A stretch of DNA of 52,859 nt from a virus. Lineage: Duplodnaviria > Caudoviricetes. Position 1 is the stretch's first letter. Each line of letters opens with the position of its first letter. The notes under the pieces are model-generated. The model was not told where the DNA came from and searched no databases. It saw only the letters and a program-made list of their open reading frames with translations. The DNA is taken from the IMG/VR virus record IMGVR_UViG_3300027816_000137, positions 1 through 52,859 of that record; one strand, given 5' to 3'. Position numbers and translations under genes: made by a program. Below, one piece after another: positions 1-10,307 of this stretch.

Positions 1-1
1 G

Positions 2-3000
2 CTTATTCGTGATAGTGAATACGTTACAAGGCTTCAGGGAGACCCATTGTATGATAATCTTACTAAGGAGCAATTAGAGGATGAGGCATTGGCTACAGCG
101 ATAGGTGACAGGGGTGAGAGGTTTGTATTTGAGTCTCAGAGAGAAGGATTCAGAGGATGGATGACGAGAATGCTGCGTAAGCTTGCTCAATATGCAGGGA
201 TATTTAACCTATCTAATAACGAGCTTCGTGCATTGGATTTAGATACTTATTTGAATATGGTGAATGCCAGCTTGCTTGCTGGTCAGCCATTGACAAGAGA
301 ATCTATCAGGAGTTCTACTCCGTCTGGGTTTATGGCTAAGATGAACGATGCTCAGGTTCAATCTCTGACTATCTTGGCTCAGAACTACTTCGATAGAGCT
401 ATAACGAAAGGACGTGATTTAGAAGCTGCTAGAAGAGAGGCTCTGTCTGAACTTAGTGTATTTGTGATAAATAAGTACATGGGTAAGAGCAACTTCGAGG
501 ATTTGATAGGTGCTCTTGATGGTATAATTGAAAGCGTTTCAGCAGAACAGAAAGAAAAGGTTATCCAACAAAAGAAAACTGAAAAGCTAAACCAAGCGTT
601 TAAGTCAACAGAAGTTCAGGGCATAGTAGGAAGTGCTAATCAGGAGGCTTCAAGACTGGCACAAGGTAAGGTAAAAGCTGCTGATGCTGCTGAGCAAGTT
701 ACCAAGATGGTAAAGGATGGCATACAGAAGATGTATGACGATAAGAAGGGGCCTGCCGGAATATCTTGGATTAATATGATGAGCCTTGCTCCATCTATAG
801 CTGCTGATGCTATAATGGCTGCCTATCCTCAGACCAACAGAAGAAGTCTGTTTAATGAGGATATGGTGATTATGACTACTGGTCAATGGATTCGCAATGC
901 TGTATCTAATCAGGTACGTGCTATAAAAGATGTAGAGAAGCGTACAGATGCTATTATAGCTGCTGTAAAAGATATATTCAAACAGATGACTGAAGCGTAT
1001 GGGGTAAACGTTGAGTTGTCCCCTCGCAAGGTAAATGCTATAATAGCTGAGATTGAGTCTGGAGTATTCAACCGTTCTGATGTAATGTCATCTGTAAGTG
1101 ATACGGCAGATGCTATCTCTAAGATACTTGAAACAGAATATAGGAAGAAGCTAATAGAGCAGTCAGCTACATTGATTGATAAGATAAAGCAAAAAGCTTC
1201 TAAGGCTAAATATGGTGCTTCTGACTTGATGACTAAGGCGATGCAGATAGTAGCTATAGACTTGGGTGCTTGGAGAAACAGCAACGCTACGCTTGAGGAT
1301 ATAGCCTCTTTCAATGGAGCTTTAAATGATGTGTTGGGAGGTGATTTAGCTCAGTTTGATTTTGCTATTCAGAAAGCAACTGGTATTGTAGCTGACAATA
1401 ATGTAAAGGTAGAAAACGAGTATAAGAGCTTGACAGACAAGATGAACCGAATGATTAAAAAGGCTGGGAATCTTGACTTGTCGGACTATGCTTCTATAGT
1501 AGCTTTTAAAAAGGCTATGGATGATGTTGCTGAAAGGAAGGGTAATATGGCTCTGTTTACTGCTCAGCAGATGACGGAGATACAGCAGAAGTACGCTCAA
1601 ATATTAACGTCGCTTCCGGCTGGTAAGACCATTGATGATATAGCTAATGAGTTAGAGAATGAAATATCTAATGAGTTAAACGCTAAGGTGAATATTCTTT
1701 CAGCAGACCTCACTTCAGAAGCTTCTTCTGATGTTAGAACTAAGGTGAAAAATCCTTTGCTTTATCATCAATTATTGTCATTATCTAAGCTGTTAAAAGG
1801 AGACGGATATTTAGATAGTTTAAGTGCGAAAGATAAGCTGTCATTAATCAATGCTATTGATGGCATTATGACTAATGGGAACTACAACTACGATGTATAT
1901 AACGAATACATAAAGGCTAAGAAGTACTTCCTTAAAAAGAATATGACTAACTGGGCTAAATCTTTAGCTAAAAACAGACGTTCTTTAAGCGCCCCTGGAT
2001 TAACAGGATTGGTTACTAGCAAGTTCAAGAACTTCTTCAGAGCCTTTACAGATGTAGAGGGGACAACTCCTTCAGCAGAACTTATAGCCGATAACTTCGA
2101 TATACTCAGATTGCATTCTATGGATGTGGAATTGTTTAATGGTAGAGGCAAAGCTGGGTATGATATGTTTGATATGGGATTTTTGGAGAGAGAGATATTT
2201 GCTCCGATGGCATCAGGTGTTGATGGAGCTGTAAACAAGACTCAGGCTAAATTACAGAACCTTCAGGACGCTATGATTCTGCTTGGTGATAAGTCAAACA
2301 GAGCTGTAGTTAAAAAGGCATTAAGAGGTCTTAGAGAACAGTATGGTGTTGGCTCTTCATTAAATTTCAGAAGACTTGCTGCAATGTTCAAAAGAGGCTC
2401 TAATGAAAACTTATACGTAGAGATTTCTACTAGGATGGCATCTATTATAGCTCATCAGATAGACCATATATCAAACCTGAGAGAAGACCAAGTAGCTGAT
2501 GATATGATTCTGAAAAGAAACATATTAGACGGTATTGATGAGGATAAGAAAGAAAATCTTACTATGGCTAAAAGGTATGGTAAACTTGGAGGCTTGTCTA
2601 CGCTTACTGGAAAATATAACGAGTTACTTGATGCGATAGCTTATTCTGCTTTGACAAATAATGGTACTACAACATTAGCAGGATTAAATGAGCAGGAGTT
2701 GCTTGATAAGTTAACTTTATCACAGCGCAAAGCATTGACATCATGGAGGTCATTCATAGATGCCAATAAAGATTTGGTAGAGTCTTCCATGATTATCAAT
2801 GGTAACACCAAAGCGCTTATCAAAAACTACTTCCCAAGAAGGGTTGCTCAGGTAGACGATGTGACAACCATAGCTGACTACGAGGAATACATAAATAGCC
2901 AATTCGAAAATGTAGGATTGTCTAAGGGTCAGATAATGGAGCGTACAGGTAATGCTGGAAGACTAGACCTTAATGGTAATAAGGTAATATTAAACAACCT

Positions 3001-5011
3001 TAAGTCTCTTAATCTTCTAAATCAAATGAAGCCTTACATTGATTACATTAAGGCTATTGGAGAAAGTGTACAGGAGCTTAAAGATATGGCTGCTGAAAAT
3101 CAGGATGAAGCGATGAAGAGGCAGCTTAATTTCGCAGCTGCTTATGCAGAAGGTGTCCAGATTACTATAAAGAGAAGATTAGATAACTCATTGCTTAATG
3201 GAGATAAAGCAGTAAACCAAAACTTCAGTTTCTTATTTAAAGCAGTATCAGTATCTCAGAAGTTTGCTGCTAATATGTGGCTTATATCTACAATGAGACA
3301 GCTTGGTTCTGACTATCCTGCGAATATATTAAAGACATCTGCTGCGTTGGCGTATGCTAATAAGACTGATAAGTTACAGACGTGGAGATTGTTGTCGCCA
3401 AGTAAGTCATCTGTAAAAACTTCTAAAGGTAAGTTTTACTGGGATGACTATGTGAAGATTGCAGAACTAACAGGTTCTCCTGTTTACCGTACCGTTTCTA
3501 TGTACTCAGATAACTTCCTGTATGATTACAGTAAAACACCTGAGCAGGCACAAAGAAAGCAAAGGGTTATGTCTTGGCAGGATATGGCTGTAAAGAAGCA
3601 AGCTTGGATGGAGAGATTCGAAGGTGCTTTTGAAAGGCTTACTGAAGAATCATTTGACCATCAGGCATTTAGCGATGAAAGGGGAGCTTACAGGGCAATG
3701 TTCATGGAAGCTGTAGAAACGGCATCCAAAGCTGCTGATTCTACTATTGACAGACAATTTGGTTTGCCATCATTTGCAAGACAGCCATTGAGGGTTAACC
3801 CATTTGTTCCATTCTTTGGAAGACCTATTAGATATTTAATAAATACATATCTACCAGGTAATTTAGGTAAATATATAACAATACCTAAGACAAATCCATT
3901 TACGTTCATTACAGGGTTTATGATGGGTTATCCATCTATACAGTTCTCTTTGTTTAGGAACTATATGAAACTCGCGTTCTCTAGTACAAGTGGTTTATCT
4001 GCACAAAGTAGGGCAAAATATATTTCTCAAGCTCTTACAGAAGCCTATATCCCTACATTTGCTTATGGTTTAAGTAGGACGTTTTTTGGAATGCTTATGG
4101 CTAGTGCCGGATATGCTGTATATAGTGCGGCTGGAGATGAGGATGAGGAGGAAAAAATGTTCAAGGAAATGGAGCAGCAAAGTTGGTGGGAAAGGCAACT
4201 TAGCAAGTTTAAGTTACAAATGAGAGAAAGTGAAGAAAAAGTATTTGAGAATATTATAAACTCTCTTTCTGCCAACGTTATAGACCCTCAGCAGACATAT
4301 TTTGCTAGAATGGTAGGAGGATTTATGCTGTTTAATTTATGGAAAAAGGAAGCTATCCTTGCTATGGATAAGAGGGAGGTTGAAGAGACTTATGAGTTTA
4401 ATGGTCAAATGCTTACAAGCACCAGAAAAATGACCAAAGAGGAAAGGAGTGCTATGGGTAAAAAGATTAAGCAGGATGAAAGTTGGTGGTGGAATACATT
4501 TAACGTAAGGCCTATAGAGATTTATGGTGGAGAGGAATATGAGAATGCTGTAAGGAAGTATGACATAGGATGGGCAGCAGGAGATGCTACCAAAGGATGG
4601 GAGACCTTGTTTGAGTCAATAGGCGGATTCTCCGAGATTCATAAGACAGCAAGTTCTGTAATGACTACTTATGACTTGTGGAAGGCTCTTGACGAGAATC
4701 AGAACATAAAGAAGGATGAACTGCTTTTGGCTTCTATCCTTAAGGGGTATGGATTGATATTTGCCAACTTTATGCTTGGCGGTAAATACGGATGGACTGC
4801 CAGCTTATTTAGTGGCGATGCTACTAAGCTTTCTAATACCATCATAAGGGATTTAGACAAGCAGAACAAAAGGCACGAAAAAGAACTGCGCGATAAGGAG
4901 AAAAAAGGCTCAAGTGGTGGCGGAGGAATGTATAAGACTGAAGGCAAACGAAAGGGTATGTATGGAGGCGGAAGAAGAAATAAGGGGATGTATGGTGGTG
5001 GAAGACAATAA
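2..5011 (+). CDS. Giant virion-associated (ejected/internal, polyvalent-type) protein, 5'-truncated by the window edge
   Basis: Frame is open from position 2 (>1670 aa) and predicted largely alpha-helical. EDEALATAIG near the start resembles the helix after a zincin HExxH motif in large phage proteins. The C-terminus has GMYGGG repeats. Lies upstream of the structural genes. Confidence 0.6.
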   Translation, partial: LIRDSEYVTRLQGDPLYDNLTKEQLEDEALATAIGDRGERFVFESQREGFRGWMTRMLRKLAQYAGIFNLSNNELRALDLDTYLNMVNASLLAGQPLTRESIRSSTPSGFMAKMNDAQVQSLTILAQNYFDRAITKGRDLEAARREALSELSVFVINKYMGKSNFEDLIGALDGIIESVSAEQKEKVIQQKKTEKLNQAFKSTEVQGIVGSANQEASRLAQGKVKAADAAEQVTKMVKDGIQKMYDDKKGPAGISWINMMSLAPSIAADAIMAAYPQTNRRSLFNEDMVIMTTGQWIRNAVSNQVRAIKDVEKRTDAIIAAVKDIFKQMTEAYGVNVELSPRKVNAIIAEIESGVFNRSDVMSSVSDTADAISKILETEYRKKLIEQSATLIDKIKQKASKAKYGASDLMTKAMQIVAIDLGAWRNSNATLEDIASFNGALNDVLGGDLAQFDFAIQKATGIVADNNVKVENEYKSLTDKMNRMIKKAGNLDLSDYASIVAFKKAMDDVAERKGNMALFTAQQMTEIQQKYAQILTSLPAGKTIDDIANELENEISNELNAKVNILSADLTSEASSDVRTKVKNPLLYHQLLSLSKLLKGDGYLDSLSAKDKLSLINAIDGIMTNGNYNYDVYNEYIKAKKYFLKKNMTNWAKSLAKNRRSLSAPGLTGLVTSKFKNFFRAFTDVEGTTPSAELIADNFDILRLHSMDVELFNGRGKAGYDMFDMGFLEREIFAPMASGVDGAVNKTQAKLQNLQDAMILLGDKSNRAVVKKALRGLREQYGVGSSLNFRRLAAMFKRGSNENLYVEISTRMASIIAHQIDHISNLREDQVADDMILKRNILDGIDEDKKENLTMAKRYGKLGGLSTLTGKYNELLDAIAYSALTNNGTTTLAGLNEQELLDKLTLSQRKALTSWRSFIDANKDLVESSMIINGNTKALIKNYFPRRVAQVDDVTTIADYEEYINSQFENVGLSKGQIMERTGNAGRLDLNGNKVILNNLKSLNLLNQMKPYIDYIKAIGESVQELKDMAAENQDEAMKRQLNFAAAYAEGVQITIKRRLDNSLLNGDKAVNQNFSFLFKAVSVSQKFAANMWLISTMRQLGSDYPANILKTSAALAYANKTDKLQTWRLLSPSKSSVKTSKGKFYWDDYVKIAELTGSPVYRTVSMYSDNFLYDYSKTPEQAQRKQRVMSWQDMAVKKQAWMERFEGAFERLTEESFDHQAFSDERGAYRAMFMEAVETASKAADSTIDRQFGLPSFARQPLRVNPFVPFFGRPIRYLINTYLPGNLGKYITIPKTNPFTFITGFMMGYPSIQFSLFRNYMKLAFSSTSGLSAQSRAKYISQALTEAYIPTFAYGLSRTFFGMLMASAGYAVYSAAGDEDEEEKMFKEMEQQSWWERQLSKFKLQMRESEEKVFENIINSLSANVIDPQQTYFARMVGGFMLFNLWKKEAILAMDKREVEETYEFNGQMLTSTRKMTKEERSAMGKKIKQDESWWWNTFNVRPIEIYGGEEYENAVRKYDIGWAAGDATKGWETLFESIGGFSEIHKTASSVMTTYDLWKALDENQNIKKDELLLASILKGYGLIFANFMLGGKYGWTASLFSGDATKLSNTIIRDLDKQNKRHEKELRDKEKKGSSGGGGMYKTEGKRKGMYGGGRRNKGMYGGGRQ

Positions 5012-5022
5012 AGTGTTGACAT

Positions 5023-5059
5023 AAAGAGCCCAGTTTTTAAGCTGGGTTTCTTTATTTTT
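5023..5059 (+). terminator. Intrinsic terminator
   Basis: CCCAG/CTGGG stem (5029-5046), extended by AAAGA/TCTTT, followed by a T-rich tract just after the stop codon. Confidence 0.7.
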
Positions 5060-5060
5060 G
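5053..5060 (+). promoter_or_regulatory. Bacteroidota sigma-A -7 box (TATTTTTG)
   Basis: Matches TAnnTTTG; 15 nt upstream of ATG 5076 and overlapping the terminator T-tract. Confidence 0.5.
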
Positions 5061-5075
5061 TTAAAAACAAAGAAG

Positions 5076-5588
5076 ATGCCAATTACAGCGTCATTTACAG
5101 CATCACAAAGTTCCGATTGTACTACCTTTCAGATTACCGATACAACAAACTATTCTGCTCCTGAGACTAAGGCTGCTATGACTAGTCGCTATCTGTATCT
5201 GTATAATGCAGATGGAACACTTTATAAGACTATAAATTTCGCATACGCTACATATCCTACTGATATAGTTACGATTACTGGTCTTGATAAAGATTACGCT
5301 TTTACCGTGAATATGGAGATTACTCCTACTACTCCGGTTGTAGGCAGCGTATATACCGCATCTAAGGTTGTGGCATTGGTTTGCTACTCTAAGGTGGCTT
5401 TCTTTGAGAGGCAAAATAAGATGGTGGTTGAACCATCGCTGTTAAACAATACAGAATACCTTAAGGACAGTATGAAGATTGTTCTTGACATTGAGGCGGC
5501 TAAGAATGCAGAAGCGGATACGGATGTTCTGAATGCTCAGAACGCTATTGACAGAATTAAATTCATAACCGATAATGACGCTATTTAA
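5076..5588 (+). CDS. Putative virion structural protein
   Basis: ATG at 5076 after an A-rich leader (preferred over TTG 5058). Thr-rich beta-like N-half and helical C-half; structural context. Confidence 0.6.
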   Translation: MPITASFTASQSSDCTTFQITDTTNYSAPETKAAMTSRYLYLYNADGTLYKTINFAYATYPTDIVTITGLDKDYAFTVNMEITPTTPVVGSVYTASKVVALVCYSKVAFFERQNKMVVEPSLLNNTEYLKDSMKIVLDIEAAKNAEADTDVLNAQNAIDRIKFITDNDAI

Positions 5589-6148
5589 TGCCTCAATATA
5601 CTACTACACAAATACAGCAGTGGATAAGCAGGGCTAACAAGGCTCTGTATAAGCTAGGCACTAAGTCTACTGATGAGCGTTTTTTTGAGAATGACAATAC
5701 ATTTGAGGACGAGAAGATATTGATTTACTGCTTGAAGAAGGCGGTATCTTGGCTTTATACATCACCATCTGTTGACGCTCAACAACTTGCAAGCCTTGTA
5801 TCTTTACTAATAAGCAGGATTACCATATATGATTTCGGTAAGCAGTTGCCTATGTACAACACAGGGACTAGTGAATATGTTGGCTTGTCTGGCGATTATA
5901 TTTCTATTCCTCCTACGCCTCCTGCTGCTGGTGCATCAGTACCTGATGATATAACACTTGTTGGTGGTACAGATATTACAGTTGGCGTTACATCATTTAG
6001 CGACGCTAGACTTCTAAATAAAAGATACAGAATCGTAAGAAATAGTATTAACTTCTACGATTGGTATAAAGGAGGCAGTACGGTGTTTCTTACAGGTGTA
6101 GGTGATAATGTAATTAGTGGAGATGTATTTGTAATACAATTTTATTGA
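5588..6148 (+). CDS. Putative virion structural protein
   Basis: TAATG-coupled to the upstream gene; structural context. Confidence 0.6.
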   Translation: MPQYTTTQIQQWISRANKALYKLGTKSTDERFFENDNTFEDEKILIYCLKKAVSWLYTSPSVDAQQLASLVSLLISRITIYDFGKQLPMYNTGTSEYVGLSGDYISIPPTPPAAGASVPDDITLVGGTDITVGVTSFSDARLLNKRYRIVRNSINFYDWYKGGSTVFLTGVGDNVISGDVFVIQFY

Positions 6149-6149
6149 T

Positions 6150-8720
6150 ATGAGATTATTATTATTAGTTGTCTTTTCGTTTATTTCGTTTGTGGCATTT
6201 AGCCAAGCCCCTCCTATGGCGATAGGTGGAAATCAAGGTATTAGTGTAAAGCGTATTCTTGCTCAGGACTGGATGAGTGTGCCTATTATGGCTGATACTC
6301 CTGTTGCTCCATTAACTGGTTCAGGATGGCCTGGTAAGGGTTATTTAGTATTTGTTGCTCAGAATCCTGATTCTGTTTGTGTTGGGTGTCCACCTGCCGA
6401 TACTTCTCTTTGGGAATACACAGGAGCTAGATGGAAGCGTGTTGGTATGGACTATTTAACTAAGCTTGTATATGGTGGAGATGTAGGTCGTCAGACAAAT
6501 AGGAGATATTTTGTAACTCCTTATGCAGCATTTATAAACGGAAATTATTATACTACTATTAATAATACAAATGTAACTACAGCTGCTAAAACAGCGGATA
6601 GTACCTCTCGTATTGATGTTATTGTTATCACTACTTCTGGTCCAACTGTTAAGGTTGGTATTCCTAATAAGATACCATTTAAGCCACCTGTTGCTGGCGA
6701 TGAAATAGAATTAAGTACGATATACTTTCCTCCATTTGATACAACAGCTAAATTTATCCCATCAACTGCTATAGGGGTTACTAATATATTTAGAGTGGAA
6801 GGGAGGGATAGCATCTATTTCAGCATAGATACAGTTACATTAGCTATAAAGGATAGCATAGGTATATCTAAAAACGATACTGCTACTATGCTTAACAACT
6901 ATAAGTTTACGGCTGCTAATGGGTTAACTAAGGATAGTACTGTATTTAGATTGGGTGGCAGTTTGAATCAGAATACTAATATCAACTTAAATAATAGAAG
7001 ATTATCTTTCGTCAGTGCTGCTGGTGATACTTCTTTAAGAATAACAACACAAGGCAGACTTTTATTAAATACGACAGATACTACATCTAATCACATATTT
7101 TACTCTAATGGTAGAAGTAGGATATTAAGTTTAGAAGTAACTCAAGGAGATAATGCAGGTAGGACTGGTCAAGGTATAAGGATTGATGGAACTGATAGAA
7201 CGTTTGGATTCCAGGGTTCTGGTGGATTATTTGCTACTGATATGTTTAAATACTCAACATGGGTTAACGATACATCTACTGTATCTCTAGGCTCTTCCCC
7301 TACCGTAGCTAGGAATATAATATCAATTTATACAGGATTTTCTAAACTAATTAGTTGTGGTGCAAGTAGTGATACTACAAGAGCTAATGTTTTAAATATA
7401 GCTCCTAGGTATGTATTCAATTGTGATTCATCAAGGAATCTTGTTAGGGGAATATATTACAATCCGTCAATTGTAAATATAAATAGAACAAATCACGTAG
7501 CATACGAGAATACAACTGGGACAAATCTATTGAACTCTGTTAGCGGTAGCACAAGAATAGGGTATAATACATTTGATACTACTTACAGGCTAGATGTCAA
7601 TGGTGGGGTAAAAACTGATTCTGTTATTGTTGATGACCTATATGCTAAGTTTGGAAGATATTTAGGTGATGGTTCTACTCCTTTTGCTCCTATAGAATTT
7701 AGAGCTACCTCCGGCAACAGAGCTAGGATAGATTTAAGACCAGCTAGCAATGGTGGATGGAACTCAAACTGGTATGGTGCTATAACACATAACGGGCCTG
7801 AGACAGATATATTGGCGGCTAACTATGGCAGCTTATATCTTGGAAGTTCTTTTTGGTCGGCAGGTAGTGGTATATACCTTGGAAATACAAGAAACAACCC
7901 TTCAATGTTTATAAGAAATAATAACAATGTACTCATTGGAGATACTGCTAATACTGGGTTTAGATTTGATGTAAATGGAAGGGTTAGATTAAGAGATACT
8001 CTTACATTGTCTACTACGCCTGTAACGGCTGATACTTCCGCTAACGACTTACTAGTAATAAACTCATCTAATGGGCAGGTAAGAAGATTTACAGGCGCTT
8101 TCCCATCTGCAAATCCCACTTTGCAGCAGGTTACAACGGCTGGGAAAACAACAACAGATACAATAAAGGCAAATGCTTTCAGAATACCAACAGTTATAGG
8201 AACTGATGTAATATTTAGCGATGATGGGCAGGCGTATCGTGCTGCTTTTAAGATTGCAGGTTTTTCTGATTATGCTTGGATAAGAGGACAATATCTTGAA
8301 CTTATTTATAATGGCAATAATTCTACCCTAAGCAATATTTACTCAACGAAAAACAATAATATATACCTTCCCGATTCATCAGGAACATTAACTCAACGCG
8401 TGGCAATAAATGGCACTACATACAATACGGCTGTAAATGGTGTTGTAGATATAGGAGACTTATGGCTATCAGGTTCTGATACTCTTGACTTTCCAAGCAC
8501 TGGACACGGAAACTCAGCAGACCTTACATTTACGCTTACAGGAGCTGCCGAAGGAGACGTAGTTGCATTAGGAATACCTAACGCGTCTATAGTAGCAAAT
8601 GGGTCTTTTATAGCATGGGTAAGTGCTACTAACACAATAACAGTAAGGTTTAATAACTACGCTAGTAGTGGAAGTTCTGACCCTGCAAGCGGAACATTTA
8701 AAATTAAAGTACTTAAGTAA
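6150..8720 (+). CDS. Fibre/spike-like protein with a Sec signal peptide and many D-(S/T)-x sequons
   Basis: N-terminus MRLLLLVVFSFISFVAFS|Q. Fibre motifs xLDVNG, TLQQVTTAGKTT and LPDSSGTL. C-terminal LDFPS...VSATNTITVRFNN domain typical of phage fibre tips. Confidence 0.7.
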   Translation: MRLLLLVVFSFISFVAFSQAPPMAIGGNQGISVKRILAQDWMSVPIMADTPVAPLTGSGWPGKGYLVFVAQNPDSVCVGCPPADTSLWEYTGARWKRVGMDYLTKLVYGGDVGRQTNRRYFVTPYAAFINGNYYTTINNTNVTTAAKTADSTSRIDVIVITTSGPTVKVGIPNKIPFKPPVAGDEIELSTIYFPPFDTTAKFIPSTAIGVTNIFRVEGRDSIYFSIDTVTLAIKDSIGISKNDTATMLNNYKFTAANGLTKDSTVFRLGGSLNQNTNINLNNRRLSFVSAAGDTSLRITTQGRLLLNTTDTTSNHIFYSNGRSRILSLEVTQGDNAGRTGQGIRIDGTDRTFGFQGSGGLFATDMFKYSTWVNDTSTVSLGSSPTVARNIISIYTGFSKLISCGASSDTTRANVLNIAPRYVFNCDSSRNLVRGIYYNPSIVNINRTNHVAYENTTGTNLLNSVSGSTRIGYNTFDTTYRLDVNGGVKTDSVIVDDLYAKFGRYLGDGSTPFAPIEFRATSGNRARIDLRPASNGGWNSNWYGAITHNGPETDILAANYGSLYLGSSFWSAGSGIYLGNTRNNPSMFIRNNNNVLIGDTANTGFRFDVNGRVRLRDTLTLSTTPVTADTSANDLLVINSSNGQVRRFTGAFPSANPTLQQVTTAGKTTTDTIKANAFRIPTVIGTDVIFSDDGQAYRAAFKIAGFSDYAWIRGQYLELIYNGNNSTLSNIYSTKNNNIYLPDSSGTLTQRVAINGTTYNTAVNGVVDIGDLWLSGSDTLDFPSTGHGNSADLTFTLTGAAEGDVVALGIPNASIVANGSFIAWVSATNTITVRFNNYASSGSSDPASGTFKIKVLK

Positions 8721-8721
8721 T

Positions 8722-9090
8722 ATGTCAAACTGTATAGATAATAAAGCGACTGAGGTATCAAATGTAATAAAGGCAAATGTAAACTTTACAGTCCTAAAAG
8801 GGGATACTTTTGATGCTATAGTTACATTTAAAGACGCAGAACAAAAGCCTTTAAACTTTACAGGGGCTACTTTGCTTATGCACATAAGAAATCAAAATGA
8901 TGTCCTACAAGCTACATTGCAGTCAGCTTCAGGATTTACTATATCAAGCAACATAGTTACTTTTAATTATGTTACTACATTAGCTCCTGATGTTTATTTT
9001 TATGACTTGCAGTGTACGTTTGCTAGTGGATTAGTGAAAACACTTATTGGTGGTAAATATAAAGTACTAAAAGAGATAACAATACCATAA
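8722..9090 (+). CDS. BppU-N-like baseplate/fibre adaptor protein
   Basis: KGDTF...PLNFTGAT...YFYDLQ...KTLIGG pattern; ATG at 8722 follows the upstream stop. Confidence 0.6.
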   Translation: MSNCIDNKATEVSNVIKANVNFTVLKGDTFDAIVTFKDAEQKPLNFTGATLLMHIRNQNDVLQATLQSASGFTISSNIVTFNYVTTLAPDVYFYDLQCTFASGLVKTLIGGKYKVLKEITIP

Positions 9091-9845
9091 TGGCATTTGT
9101 AGAAGTAATAGGACAACAGCCTCTGATAGAGGTAACACCAAATGAGCCTGCCGAGGTTATCATAACTCCAGGCACTAAGGTTCAGATGAATGTGTTGGTT
9201 TCTAATAACCAAGCTACGAATGTTTCTATTACAGCTTCTCAAGGACTGCAAGGCCCTGCCGGCGCTAATGGTACAATTGGTGTAGATGGGAAAAGCGCAT
9301 ATGAAATTTGGTTGGAAGAGGGGAACACAGGTACAGAGCAGGACTTTTTGGATTCACTTGTAGGTGAAGATGGGGCTCAAGGCCCTCCCGGTGCTAATGG
9401 TGTGGCTATTGACTTTATACAGAATACAACTCCGACAGGAACAGGAACAAGCTCAATTCCTGCCGGGGCTTTGTGGTTTCATACAGATAGCGGTATTCAG
9501 TACACTTATTTCAATGATGGAAATACTTATCAATGGGTTCAGGAAACGCTTCCTTTAGGTCCTCAAGGTCCACAGGGTGCAAACGGTACCAATACTGTCA
9601 ATGGCTCAACAGCTACAACTTTCACAGGATTACTAAAGGGGAACGGTTCGGTTATCAGCGCAACTACTGTGCTTACTGAAATCGGTTTCACTCCTGAAAA
9701 TGCAGCTAACAAAGAGAATACAACTTTAGATACATCTTCTACAAAGTATCCTACTAATAATCTTGTAAAGACAAGTCTGGACAGTTTTGCTGATGATGTT
9801 GACTATGCTATTATGACAAATCAAAGAATACTATTTAATTTTTAA
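9090..9845 (+). CDS. Collagen-repeat tail fibre protein
   Basis: Gly-X-Y runs (GLQGPAGANG, GPQGPQGANG), a GKSAYEIW motif and an FTPENAANK motif. Confidence 0.75.
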   Translation: MAFVEVIGQQPLIEVTPNEPAEVIITPGTKVQMNVLVSNNQATNVSITASQGLQGPAGANGTIGVDGKSAYEIWLEEGNTGTEQDFLDSLVGEDGAQGPPGANGVAIDFIQNTTPTGTGTSSIPAGALWFHTDSGIQYTYFNDGNTYQWVQETLPLGPQGPQGANGTNTVNGSTATTFTGLLKGNGSVISATTVLTEIGFTPENAANKENTTLDTSSTKYPTNNLVKTSLDSFADDVDYAIMTNQRILFNF

Positions 9846-9848
9846 AAT

Positions 9849-10307
9849 ATGAGTTTACCTTCAGGAAGTTTAGTTAGAGTAGCCAACCAGCCGAACGGTG
9901 GTGTGGCTGTGCTTACAGGTACAACAATAGGTACATTGGGAAGTAATACGAATGGTACTACCATTGAAGCAGCAGGAACGTATGGCACAAGGATTATAAG
10001 CCTTACAGCCACTACAAATGATACTGTTACTATTAACGTGTTTATCTACATTTTAAGAGGTGGTAGTACAGTGATTCCTTTGGGGCTTGTGAACGTGCCT
10101 GTTTCAAGTGGTAACACGAATGCTGCAAGGTTTGCTGTGGATTTTCTTAATGGTACGAACATTCCAGGATTACCATTGGATAACACAGGAAGGCAGTATA
10201 TTCCACTTTTAGGTGGTGATGTACTTAGAGCAACGACTTTAGCAAACCTTTCAGCATCTACTTCTTGTTTTATTCAGGCTTCAGGATTAGATTACTTAGC
10301 TCCATAA
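9849..10307 (+). CDS. Putative structural (beta-sandwich) protein
   Basis: G/T/N-rich ORF packed into the fibre cluster. Confidence 0.6.
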   Translation: MSLPSGSLVRVANQPNGGVAVLTGTTIGTLGSNTNGTTIEAAGTYGTRIISLTATTNDTVTINVFIYILRGGSTVIPLGLVNVPVSSGNTNAARFAVDFLNGTNIPGLPLDNTGRQYIPLLGGDVLRATTLANLSASTSCFIQASGLDYLAP

